DNA of 32,000 nt from Telmatocola sphagniphila (GTDB lineage Bacteria > Planctomycetota > Planctomycetia > Gemmatales > Gemmataceae), in NCBI RefSeq assembly GCF_018398935.1, contig NZ_CP074694.1:2280001-2312000 (forward strand). Reading direction: 5' to 3'. The notes beneath the pieces are model-generated. The model made no database searches, was not told the origin of the DNA, and saw nothing but the letters and a program-made list of their open reading frames with translations. A program made the translations under genes and the position numbers. Numbering within the stretch: position 1 is the first letter of the stretch; each line of letters starts with the position of its first letter. Shown one piece after another: positions 1-8,702 of the stretch.

Positions 1-746
1 TCGGTCACCAGTACATTGCTGGGCTTCAGGTCGCGGTGGATAATCCCCTTCTGGTGAGCATGCTGCACTGCCTGACAGACGGACACCATCAATTCCAAGC
101 GTGCCGGCACGGACATCCGTTTGTGATCGCAGTATTCCGTCAGCGGGACTCCCTCGATCAACTCCATGACAAAAAACGGCTGCCCTGAGGGCGTTACGCC
201 CCCATCGTAAATTCGAGCAATGTTAGGGTGGTCCATAATGGCCAATGCCTGCCGTTCGCTGTCGAAACGAGCGAGCACCGATTTCGAGTCCATTCCCAGT
301 TTGATCAGCTTCAGAGCGACTTGACGCTTGACCGGTTCGGTCTGACTGGCCCGATAGACGGAACCCATGCCTCCTGTCCCCAGAACGTGTTCCAAGGTGT
401 ACCTACCGGCGATCACGGTTCCCAAGGCAAATGTCATTGTTTGCTCTAGGGACTCGGCTCTAACTGGCGTATCGGATGTCCCCGCGGAACCATATTCCTT
501 GGTTAGGGTGCCTGCGGAATCCCGAATCTCTGGGCGGAGGGACTCGAAATTACTCGTGGGAGCATTCAAGGGAGACTCCAGAAAACTGCCCGCCTGGGCG
601 TAAGCTTGCAATAGAAGTTCGACTTTGCGTCTTAACACCGGTGATCCCGCACAGCTTGCATCGAGGTAAGCGAGCCGGGCTTCCGGATTTTCGATTTCCA
701 GAGCCCGGTCAAAAACCGCTTTTACCTCGGGGAGAGACGTAGACAT
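1..746 (-). CDS. Ser/Thr protein kinase, N-terminal 248 codons; the 3' end runs off the window
   Basis: Absent from the ORF track because no stop lies inside the window. The reverse strand is open from ATG (746-744) to position 3. It reads MSTSLPEVKAVFDRALEIENPEARLAYLDASCAGSPVLRRKVELLLQAY..., then glycine loop LGTGGMGSVY, VALK lysine, and catalytic loop IIHRDLKPSNVLVT at about 3-44. Confidence 0.9.
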   Translation of the reverse strand, partial: MSTSLPEVKAVFDRALEIENPEARLAYLDASCAGSPVLRRKVELLLQAYAQAGSFLESPLNAPTSNFESLRPEIRDSAGTLTKEYGSAGTSDTPVRAESLEQTMTFALGTVIAGRYTLEHVLGTGGMGSVYRASQTEPVKRQVALKLIKLGMDSKSVLARFDSERQALAIMDHPNIARIYDGGVTPSGQPFFVMELIEGVPLTEYCDHKRMSVPARLELMVSVCQAVQHAHQKGIIHRDLKPSNVLVT

Positions 747-838
747 GGTCGAGACCTCAGAATGGGGTTTCACCTATCATCAATGCGAAATTGCGAGAAG
801 TATTGTGCCAAAAAAATCAGAATCGAAATTAATTCGAC

Positions 839-1390
839 TCAGTCGGCATGTCCTAATTCTCGAAAAAGCCACGCTTTGGCGTAAGCCCAGTGGCGGTTAG
901 CCGTTCGCACGGAGAGTGACAACAGAGCCGCCGATTGCTCGATAGTGAGACCTGCAAAGAATCTCAAGTTGACAAGGGCAGCAACTTCGGGTTCCTCGAG
1001 CGCCAGGCGATTCAGGGCATCATCCAGGGATACCAAATCGTATTGTGAATCTGCATCTGCGACTGCTAGAGCATCGAGTTCGACTCGCTGAAAGTTCCCA
1101 CCATGTTTCTGAGCTTGCTTGCGACGAGCCGAATCGACCAGGATGCGACGCATGGCTTCGGCAGCCGCAGCGAAAAAGTGTCCCTGTCCATCGAACTGCT
1201 GGTCCCCTACCAATCGTAAATAAGCTTCATGGACCAGAGCGGTAGCATTCAAAGTTTGACCAGGGGCCTCGGCGGCCATGCGCAGGGCAGCGAGCTTCCG
1301 CAATTCATCGTAAACCAGCGGAAGCAAATCGGCAGCCGCACGACGATTGCCGGTTGCTGCTTGTGCCAAAAGGTGAGTCACTTCGGACAT
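839..1390 (-). CDS. ECF-type RNA polymerase sigma factor (TIGR02999 / ECF43-like)
   Basis: 183-aa ORF. The N-terminus LLPLVYDELRKLAALRM...TLNATALVHEAYLRLVG, then FFAAAAEAMRRILVDSARRK, and a region-4 HTL-like FFAGLTIEQSAALLSLSVRTANRHWAYAKAWL match my recollection of this family. It sits 92 bp upstream of a Ser/Thr kinase. Confidence 0.9.
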   Translation of the reverse strand: MSEVTHLLAQAATGNRRAAADLLPLVYDELRKLAALRMAAEAPGQTLNATALVHEAYLRLVGDQQFDGQGHFFAAAAEAMRRILVDSARRKQAQKHGGNFQRVELDALAVADADSQYDLVSLDDALNRLALEEPEVAALVNLRFFAGLTIEQSAALLSLSVRTANRHWAYAKAWLFRELGHAD

Positions 1391-1957
1391 GTCCAGATTT
1401 TAGGGGAGAAAAGCGCCTGGGGGAGAAGCTAGGTTTCTAATTCGAAAAAATCTCCAAGCGGTATACGGGAGAGGGGAACCGCTAGAAAGCAGCTAAGCCA
1501 TTTGCTCGATTCGTTGTTAGGGCGTCCATTCGGCGTGGTCGTGCGTTGTCTGGAATCTCCGGAGTCAGGAAATCCTCAGCGACGTTGGCCCGCCCATCGC
1601 GTGACGACGAAATGGTTCTGCCAATTGACTTGGCTTGGGCGCTAATTTTTTGCCACGAGGATGAGTTTGCGTTTGGAGGTGTCACGTGACTTCAAGCGGG
1701 CCGACGCGCCGCCTGCAGATCGACCAGCTGCAATTCGATTTGCTGTCCCTTAGACCATCCGGTCCGAAAAGCCGCATCCAAATAGTCGGACGAGCTTTGT
1801 CCTTGCAAGAAAATTTAGTGAATCGAGTCTCATTAACTGCTCAGTAAGTGATTTATAAATCTATGAATCAGACGGTTTTTATGCAAACCAGCTTTCGACG
1901 CCGTCTAACCATTCCTCGTATCATAAAAGATAATTGCTTTTGGATACACCCTGACCG

Positions 1958-2380
1958 ATGCTTGTCCAGAGAGGACCGTGGACATTGAACCTCAACCACA
2001 TTAACTTGCCCGTTCCGGATGTCGCCGCTACCCGAGATTTTTTCGTCAAGCACTTCGGAATGGTGAGTGTCTTTGAACTTCCCAAGAACTCTCTGGTGAT
2101 TCTGCGTGATGAGGCCGGGCTAGTGCTCAACCTAAGCCACTTCGACAAAACCTCCGTGATCGAATACCATAAAGATTTCCACATTGGATTCTTCCGGGCG
2201 ACCCGCGAGGAAATCGACGCCATCCACTCTCAGTTGAACACCAGCGGGGTCATCGCTGAGTCGCCGAAGAAGGCCGTGGGTCGTTACGGTTTCTTCATCG
2301 ACGCCCCAGGCGGATTTATGATTGAAGTCGCCTCCCTTGAGGGAGAAGCCTGGGCGTCCCGATCGAAACAAGACGGTTAG
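1958..2380 (+). CDS. VOC (glyoxalase/bleomycin-resistance/dioxygenase) family protein
   Basis: 140-aa ORF with an ATG start. LNHINLPVPDVAATRDFFVKHFG and GFFIDAPGGFMIEV are typical paired beta-alpha-beta-beta-beta VOC module motifs. Confidence 0.8.
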   Translation: MLVQRGPWTLNLNHINLPVPDVAATRDFFVKHFGMVSVFELPKNSLVILRDEAGLVLNLSHFDKTSVIEYHKDFHIGFFRATREEIDAIHSQLNTSGVIAESPKKAVGRYGFFIDAPGGFMIEVASLEGEAWASRSKQDG

Positions 2381-2769
2381 CAGTCGATCCAGGAATGAAT
2401 GATCGATGAAGAGTGCGATGGAGGGGGGGGAGGTTAGACAACTTTGCGACCGGCTCGGAAAGCTTCGAGCCCGAGTGAGTGCCAAGATCACTTTATTATC
2501 CAAGTTGAGAGGCAACTTCATGCGGCCCCCGGTCCAACAAGTGATCTCGGCTAACCCTTTCGTAACCAAAAATTTCTCGCGCCTGCAATCGGATAATTCG
2601 AAACTCGGATCTTCTCAAATCTCTAAAACTCAGGGATGACAGGATTTGAACTCGGTTATGAGCAAGTTCTGAGTAAAGCTTGACGGTTTTGCCTTCGCAG
2701 GTCGACCCGGCGCCTCAAATTAGACTCTTCAGGCTTGCCGATTTGAGCTGGAACAGAGAGAAATTCAAT

Positions 2770-2985
2770 ATGGAAAGCGAGAATCAAAAGTCTCTCCCGG
2801 AAATCCTACGAGAGTTAAGAGCACGTCAAGCCGCGAATAGCGAGCTAAGCCTTGAGCTTTCTACGGGCGAGCAGATTCACTGTCGGGTAGTGGAACAAGA
2901 CCTTCCATTCACGTTATTGGTAGAAGATATTAAGTCACTCAAGCAGAGAGTGATAGGAATTGGGCAGATAAATAAGGTTTTATAA
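2770..2985 (+). CDS. Small hypothetical protein (71 aa from the internal ATG)
   Basis: The ORF 2680-2985 starts at TTG. The first ATG is at 2770 (MESENQKSLPEILRELRARQ...). No recognisable motif. Confidence 0.25.
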   Translation: MESENQKSLPEILRELRARQAANSELSLELSTGEQIHCRVVEQDLPFTLLVEDIKSLKQRVIGIGQINKVL

Positions 2986-2991
2986 TTCTAC

Positions 2992-3160
2992 TCTCGTCGG
3001 ACCAGATTCGCCAAGCAGCCGTTATCGAACAGGACGCTGTGCGACCGGGTCGCACGCCAGTGATCGGTGGCGATGTCGTTGAAGAAATTCACCGAAAGAC
3101 AACTCGGGAGAAACCCTTCGCTGCCACGAATTGGAGCACGCGGTCGATGGCTAAAGTCCG
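2992..3160 (+). pseudogene. IS630-like transposase N-terminal (HTH) fragment
   Basis: One frame reads ...RPGRTPVIGGDVVEEIHRKTTREKPFAATNWSTRSMAKV. This resembles the GRP...P..athWS.R.lA segment of IS630-family transposases. There is no start codon, no DDE domain, and it ends abruptly. Confidence 0.4.
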
Positions 3161-3166
3161 AGCGAT

Positions 3167-3386
3167 GTATCGGATTTCGAATGGCAGTTTTTTTAGTCCC
3201 GTTTTTGCCGCTGATGCGGGAAGAGCCTCCGACACGGGACCTGTTCAATGCCATGCGCTATGTTTTCAAAAGAGGATGGGATGTCCGTGGCGTGAGTCGA
3301 CACGCGACTTTCCCCTCTGAACCGCGATCTATCAGCTAGTGCTGCGTTGGATGATGAAGGATGTTTTTGAAGTCCTCTCTCAAGAG
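3167..3386 (+). pseudogene. IS5-family (DUF4096-type) transposase N-terminal remnant with at least two frameshifts
   Basis: The pieces lie in three frames. They are VSDFEWQFF, LVPFLPLMREEPPTRDLFNAMRYVFKRG, GCPWRESTRDFP and TAIYQLVLRWMMKDVFEVLSQE. Joined, they follow the pattern LsDeeW..i.PlLP...R.d.R.v.nAi.Yv.rtGcpWR.lP.dFp...tvY..F.rW..dGv.e.l. No DDE domain follows. Confidence 0.6.
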
Positions 3387-4117
3387 TCGAGTGTGGTTGT
3401 GCAGTTCGTTGAAGATCGCGCTTCTCATCCCCGGACATCATTCGCGACGCCCGAACGATGAGGAACCTACGAACTTGCAGACGAGCAGAATATTTAACGA
3501 GTTGGAGTAGTCCACTAGCAGGCCAAGCGGGGCTTTCTATGACTACTCTGCCACTGTGGGTAGAAGGAACCTTGGAGGGATCGGTCGATTTCGAAGACTT
3601 GATCGAGACAAAGAACTCCCGGCAACGACTTTGAAAAGCGGGCAACGATCCGCGTGCTGGGTTCTACCGCTCGGTAAAGTCCATATTCTGTGTCAGGAAC
3701 AGACTCCTCGAGAAAAAAGAAACTTACTGCACGATTCGAGCTGGTGGATCCATTTCATTCGAAGGTAATTTTTCGTTCGAGACGGATTCTTGGGAAAGAG
3801 CAAAATATTTCTAGATTTTTTTAGACTGACTTTTCAGTGTTAGACCATTTTTTAATCTATAGTAAAGCGCAAGATATTTCGTTCGAATTAATTTCTAGCT
3901 GTGGCTAGTTAGCCCTAAAGCCTCCAATTGGCTTTAATGCGTATTTCCCCTGCGAATATTGATCTCAGAAGTCTGACGAAGAAAACTTTGGAAGTTTTAC
4001 TGGCCTCGATACTTCCAAACAAAGAGATGCGTCGACAAAAAGTCAAAATAGGCTTTAGGGATGAGAAATTAGTAGTAAACCTCAATCGAGAGATCGATTG
4101 TTCGCGAGCCAAGCACC

Positions 4118-5332
4118 ATGGATAAAAACAAATTTACAGAAGAAACGGTCACAGAGCCGAACATCCAGCTTGGGCCTTCTGCCTCCGTCTTGAAGCAGAT
4201 AGAATTGGCTCGCTCTACAAACTCAGATTACACGACAAATAGCTCGTTGGATAGATATTCTTCCGAGCGAGAATTTTTACTCCGAGAAGAACAGGCTGAC
4301 GAATCGTTAATTCAGTTTGGTCCGCCGCAGAAAGAAGGGGAGATTGGGAGGCTTGGGAAATATCGGTTATTGCAATTGCTCGGTCGCGGCGGTATGGGAG
4401 CCGTTTATTTAGCCATTGATAGCAAGCTAAAGCGGAAAGTGGCTCTGAAAGTCATTCTGCCAAAAGCGGCGGCCAATCCAATTTCCCGAAAACGATTTCT
4501 TCGGGAAGCCCAAGCGGCGGCCCAGATAAGCAATGATCATGTAGTAAAAATTTTCGAAGCTGAGGAAATTGAAGGTGTGCCTTTTATGGCCATGGAATAT
4601 CTGGAAGGAGAATCCTTAGAGCAGTTTCTGGAGTCGAAAAAGCATATTTCGATACCCAAAGTTATTCGTGTCATCCGAGAGGCTGCGGAAGGGTTAGCAT
4701 CCGCTCACAAATTGGGTTTGATCCATCGCGACGTAAAACCCTCCAATATTTGGCTGGAATCTCCAAAAGGCCGAGTAAAACTGCTCGATTTTGGTCTCGT
4801 ACGAAAAGGAAATGACAACACTAAAATCACAAATAGTGGGATTGTTCTGGGAACTCCAGCTTTTATGTCCCCGGAACAGGCTAAAGGCTATAACGATATT
4901 GATCAAAGATCGGATCTTTTTAGTTTAGGTTCAATTTTATATCGGTTACTCACCGGGGAGCTTCCCTTCCAAGGGAACAGTTCGGTATTGGTTTTGATGT
5001 CGCTGGTCGGATCTGATCCGAAGCCGGTATGCGATTTAAATCCCGACGTGCCTAAAAGTTTAGCCGACTTGACGCATCAACTTTTAGAAAAAGATCCCAA
5101 AAACAGGCCATTCGATGCCCAGGTGGTGATCGATAGTCTTAATGAGATTCAAGAGTTGATGGAATTTGGAGCCATTTCCGGATTAAATATTGGAGGCAGG
5201 TTCAGTAATGATGCGGCCACAGCCTCCAATGCGGGGTATATTGAATCGAGTTTTGGCGGCGACTCTAGACCTCAAACAAGCGAAGTTTTTGATGCCAATT
5301 CCGTGGGGAGTTTTAGCGAGATAGTTCGATGA
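4118..5332 (+). CDS. Ser/Thr protein kinase, kinase-domain part; C-terminus apparently replaced by IS-end sequence
   Basis: 404-aa ORF with glycine loop LGRGGMGAVY, VALK, HRDVKPSNIWL, DFG and PAFMSPEQ. Its last codons (from about 5303) lie in the left end of the IS element. Confidence 0.85.
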   Translation: MDKNKFTEETVTEPNIQLGPSASVLKQIELARSTNSDYTTNSSLDRYSSEREFLLREEQADESLIQFGPPQKEGEIGRLGKYRLLQLLGRGGMGAVYLAIDSKLKRKVALKVILPKAAANPISRKRFLREAQAAAQISNDHVVKIFEAEEIEGVPFMAMEYLEGESLEQFLESKKHISIPKVIRVIREAAEGLASAHKLGLIHRDVKPSNIWLESPKGRVKLLDFGLVRKGNDNTKITNSGIVLGTPAFMSPEQAKGYNDIDQRSDLFSLGSILYRLLTGELPFQGNSSVLVLMSLVGSDPKPVCDLNPDVPKSLADLTHQLLEKDPKNRPFDAQVVIDSLNEIQELMEFGAISGLNIGGRFSNDAATASNAGYIESSFGGDSRPQTSEVFDANSVGSFSEIVR

Positions 5333-7101
5333 GTCCCCCACGCCGGAGCTTTTCGCTCGGCCGAACGCATACTTCTATTTTTCAAACATTCTTCCTTTCC
5401 GCGAATAGCTCTCGGCGTTTTATCGGATCGGGACATCCGGATCCCGACTTCAGTCGGTCGAACGATCAGCACCTCAGTGCTTTCAGTAGTCGGAAGAAGA
5501 TTGGCAAGTGCGGGTTCCAGCCGAGCAATCGATAGACGATGCGGCCGGCCTTCCGGACGATCTGACAAGGCAGAAGCATGAAAGCATTGAGGAAGGTTTT
5601 GAATTCCATTTTCAAAACCGACTGCTTCTGGTCCCGATGCTTTTCCCGCCAGCGACCAGGAGTTTCCGGCAACGTCAAGGCCCACCAGGCTTTCAAGTTC
5701 CAGGCCAGGGAGGCCATCACCATGTACGCCCAATTGCTTTCCAGATCGTGCAGCGGCGCGTGCAAGGCCCGGCAACCGCCCTTGAGCTGCGCTATCAGAT
5801 TTTCCTGATTGCAGCGATCGTTGGCTTCGTAGACGACTTCGGCGGCCGTGCACTCCCGGTCGTTGGTGATGTAGAAGAAATAGCGTTCGTCCGGATACAG
5901 AACGGATTCGCCTTTTTCCACGGAAAGATTCTTGCGAATCACCACCAGGCGATACGCCCTTCGGCAAGCGGTCGGTTGGTACTCGAACTCGGCCACCGCT
6001 TCGGAGATCAACTTCACATTTACGAATTCCCGCTCTTGGACGATCCGCTCCTTGGTGTTTTCCCGTCGGTGTCGCAACTTCGCTTTCGCCGAGTATTGCG
6101 CGGGACGCTCGAGCTTGTGCCAAGCCGCTTCCGGCAGTTTTTCCGCGATTGCTTCGAGGTTTTGCTTCGAATCGTAGCCGAAATAAAAGCGTACCTTGGC
6201 GTTGGCATCCCAGCCGTCGAGGCGAGTGGTCTGCGAGAAATCGGTGTCGCCGCGAAAGACGATCCTGCGAAAGCCCGCTTGAAGGCACAGCAAAAGAGCC
6301 CGGTCGAGTTCGACCGCGGCCCCTTCGTGCGAAGGGCGATTGCCGGGACGGTTGACGATGCTCAGCGTCTCACCGGTGTTGGCCAGGGTCACCGCCAGGG
6401 GGTGGTAACACCAGTCTCTGTTATAGTTGATGTCCATCCCCGCTTTACGCTCGCCACGCGTTTGGGTAAAGCTGCCGTCGGCGTCGATCTTCGCGCATTC
6501 CCAAAAGGAATCGGGTTGCTTCGACCAGACGCGTAAACGGGTCTGGTTGAAAGCGTCGATCAAAGCCTGGATGCTGCCACTATCGAAGCGTCGACAAAAG
6601 TCGCCCGAAGTAGTCGGGTCGGGAAAACGCTGAGTGCCCAAGGCGTTGAGAAAGTTTTCGTCCGTGCGACGCAGTTCCATGTCTTGCAGGCAGGTACCCC
6701 CGCAAAGGGAATTGTAAGCGATGGCCAACACGTGGTCCGATTCCGAGTAAGGCCTTTGAAATTGGAGCAGATGCAGCTTCTCGTCGATGTCGTCGATCAG
6801 TCCGATACGCCGGGCCAGAAGGTGCATGGCCCCGAGGCCTCCGCAACTGATCGCCCCCACGCGTTCGGAGACTTCGTAATGAATGTTGGAGGCGTCGAAA
6901 GAAGGAGCGAAGGTCATCGCGGCCTCTCGCTTAGCCAGGCGACGTTCGATTCGACTCTTGCATTTTTGAAACCAACGTCCGAAAATAACATTCACTCGAA
7001 ACTCCTTTTTGCGACTGTCGATTTGTTAAGCGGTTACTTACACAAACCGCAGAAAACAAAAAGGATTTCGAGCTTTCTTCGATAAATCGAAACAATTCCC
7101 C
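5303..7101 (-). mobile_element. IS1380-family insertion sequence (about 1.8 kb); exact ends unresolved
   Basis: It contains one 509-aa DDE transposase. Candidate imperfect terminal inverted repeats are GGGGAGTTTTAGCGAGATA (5305-5323) and the reverse complement of 7083-7101, GGGGAATTGTTTCGATTTA (13/19 identical). A 7-bp direct repeat CAATTCC occurs at 5296-5302 and 7093-7099. The element is more GC-rich than both flanks. Confidence 0.75.
5466..6995 (-). CDS. IS1380-family DDE transposase
   Basis: 509-aa ORF whose architecture parallels ISEcp1-type transposases as I recall them. The N-terminal part reads GGLGAMHLLARRIGL...LQDMELRRTD...TSGDFCRRF. Acidic-residue regions are IDADGSF, FRGDTDF and YFFYITND...YEANDRCNQENLIAQLK. 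Confidence 0.9.
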   Translation of the reverse strand: MNVIFGRWFQKCKSRIERRLAKREAAMTFAPSFDASNIHYEVSERVGAISCGGLGAMHLLARRIGLIDDIDEKLHLLQFQRPYSESDHVLAIAYNSLCGGTCLQDMELRRTDENFLNALGTQRFPDPTTSGDFCRRFDSGSIQALIDAFNQTRLRVWSKQPDSFWECAKIDADGSFTQTRGERKAGMDINYNRDWCYHPLAVTLANTGETLSIVNRPGNRPSHEGAAVELDRALLLCLQAGFRRIVFRGDTDFSQTTRLDGWDANAKVRFYFGYDSKQNLEAIAEKLPEAAWHKLERPAQYSAKAKLRHRRENTKERIVQEREFVNVKLISEAVAEFEYQPTACRRAYRLVVIRKNLSVEKGESVLYPDERYFFYITNDRECTAAEVVYEANDRCNQENLIAQLKGGCRALHAPLHDLESNWAYMVMASLAWNLKAWWALTLPETPGRWREKHRDQKQSVLKMEFKTFLNAFMLLPCQIVRKAGRIVYRLLGWNPHLPIFFRLLKALRC

Positions 7102-7495
7102 AAAAAACTACGCTGTTTTAAGGTCTAGACCAAGTGAATCCACGGGATCGAAAACGCGGATCGTCTCTAATCGTTTCCTTGCAGGATTGCTTGCTATCAC
7201 GGTTCTAATAACGGTGTTCCTATCGTTTAGGACTTCGAAAGGAACTTTAGTTATCGCCGCGGATGATCCTAGCATTGAAGTCGTCATTAAAAAAGAAGGG
7301 AAAATTATCAAAACTCAGACCAAAGATCGAGTGATCGATTTATCCGTCGGAGAATATGAGATTGAACTTGCCAAAGAATTTGGAGGCAACAGATTGAATA
7401 CCAATAAAATTAGCATAGCCAATGATAAAATAGAGATCGTCAAGATAGAACAGTCGAACTCCGGAAGCCTAAAAAACTATTCCACTTCTCCTTGA
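7100..7495 (+). pseudogene. Detached 3' part of the IS-split Ser/Thr kinase gene (basic segment, TM helix, extracytoplasmic beta-rich tail)
   Basis: The frame is open from the IS junction: ...PKNYAVLRSRPSESTGSKTRIVSNRFLAGLLAITVLITVFLSFRTSKGTLVIAADDPSIEVVIKKEG... There is no ATG; the track starts it at TTG 7187. It is in the same frame (mod 3) as 4118-5332, and a TM helix plus GTLVI..DDP tail is a common C-terminus of planctomycete kinases. Confidence 0.55.
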
Positions 7496-7616
7496 TACAG
7501 CCAGGAAATCTTCGAGAAGTTTGAAGAGTACTTATAACGCCGTTCCTCGAAAGTCGCGATGAGTTGCTCAAGTTGGCGTCTCCCATGGGTAAAAGCCCTG
7601 TTGTTTGAACACTATA

Positions 7617-8193
7617 CTAGTCATCACTTCCCGTGTACATCACATCCGAGCGCAGCACATACTTTACACTGCTTTTGACTGGAGCACCTTCATGAAGTTG
7701 AAGATGATCGAAGACCAGAGCCATCCCTTTTTTAGGCAGAATGCGTGCTCGGATTTTAGTGGAGTCGAAATAGAAAATCGTCTCACCCCCAGTTAGTCCG
7801 TCGCTGAGATAGATCATAAATGTCAGCTTACTCGACTCAGTCGAGTTCCGAGTGAAGCGGTCATCGAAATGAGGCCGAAAGATCTGTCCAATCTCGTACT
7901 TATAAAATCGAAAATTGCTCATTGAGTGACAGGAGATGCCAATTCTCTCAGTATTTGGGGAGATACGGTTGCGCGCGATCAAAGAGTTGCCCTGCAAGCC
8001 CATGACCATCAACTATCACACGAAGATTGTCTCGAAGATCTTTCCTCATAACGAAGCCGCCTGTTGTTGTAATGGGCGCATCCTCGTACCCTTTTGCTTC
8101 ACTCAGCGCTACTAAGGATTCGCACTCCACTGCTGTCAAGATTTCGTGTATCACAAATATCAAAGACAAATCGCAGATTGTTTCAGAATGCAT
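7617..8193 (-). pseudogene. 2OG-Fe(II) oxygenase (prolyl 4-hydroxylase-like), frameshifted
   Basis: Two overlapping ORFs in different frames. ORF 7948-8193 carries the N-terminal half (VIHEILTAVECESLVALSEAKGYEDA...). ORF 7617-8012 carries the C-terminal half (FRFYKYEIGQIFRPHFDD = HxD, LQLHEGAPV = distal His, KYVLRSDVMY = Arg). The frames switch near the CCCCAAA run, which reads TTTGGGG on the plus strand at 7954-7960. Confidence 0.65.
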
Positions 8194-8262
8194 TTCGAAT
8201 CCCTGGTAGTTGGTTTTGACATCCTCGGAAAGGAGAGAGTGCTTTCGAACCCCTGAATAATC

Positions 8263-8637
8263 TTAAATTTTATACGGATTCATTTCGATCACGAGGTTGA
8301 AATATTTGCCTATCTCTTCCACGATAAAAACTTTTAGTACGCGCAAGGTTCGATAAGGGACGCTCCGGTTCTCCCCCTGTTGAGTAGCTTATGAATCATC
8401 TCTAATTCGGACTCGACGCCGATCTCATTCCTGCGGATCTGCAAGTGAAGGAAGCTGGGGCACTGAGCTGTCAACCCACATGAAATTAAACCGAATAGGC
8501 GACTTTCCTTCTTCAAACAATCGCCGTTCGGGGAAGCTCCGGCTGACTATCTGCAGGCGATCATACACGCTCGCAAACCCTTCCAGAATCTGAGATCGAT
8601 TGGTAAGTGTGGCAAACTGAAAGTTCGCGTTTTTCAA
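8263..8637 (-). pseudogene. Class I SAM-dependent (O-)methyltransferase-like 3' remnant, frameshifted and 5'-truncated
   Basis: Three frames read in series. They are GFASVYDRLQIVSRSFPERRLFEEGKSPIRFNFMWVDS, ELEMIHKLLNRGRTGASLIEP and KVFIVEEIGKYFNLVIEMNPYKI*. This loosely follows the a..ri....GdA...l......fDfvfiDa......y.....LlrpGG.i pattern. There is no ATG and no SAM-binding motif I upstream. Confidence 0.35.
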
Positions 8638-8702
8638 ATCAGGGTTTTACTCAAACCAATCACTTGATTTGCGACGCAAAAAGCTGGGCGAGGATAAGTG
8701 CA

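Noticed and set aside
1482-1800. A 67-aa minus ORF and an adjacent ATG-less reading (...DYLDAAFRTGWSKGQQIELQLVDLQAARRPA*) between the sigma and VOC genes.
   Set aside because: No recognisable family, a non-ATG start, and a stop three codons upstream of the second reading. I treat this as intergenic sequence or unidentifiable debris.
2423-2430. G8 homopolymer as a possible phase-variation switch.
   Set aside because: It lies only in weak, motif-less ORFs (2406-2639 plus, 2132-2569 minus). No supported CDS or promoter is affected.
3193-3645. 150-aa minus-strand ORF across the transposase debris.
   Set aside because: No motif. It is antisense to recognisable, though broken, transposase-coding sequence, so it is probably fortuitous.
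5272-6633. Long alternative-frame and antisense ORFs overlapping the transposase gene (5272-6288 minus, 338 aa; 5508-6536 plus, 342 aa; several 60-90 aa ORFs).
   Set aside because: Their translations are Arg/Pro/Gly-rich low-complexity strings with no motifs. The 509-aa frame has a complete IS1380-type DDE architecture. These are typical shadow ORFs in GC-richer DNA.
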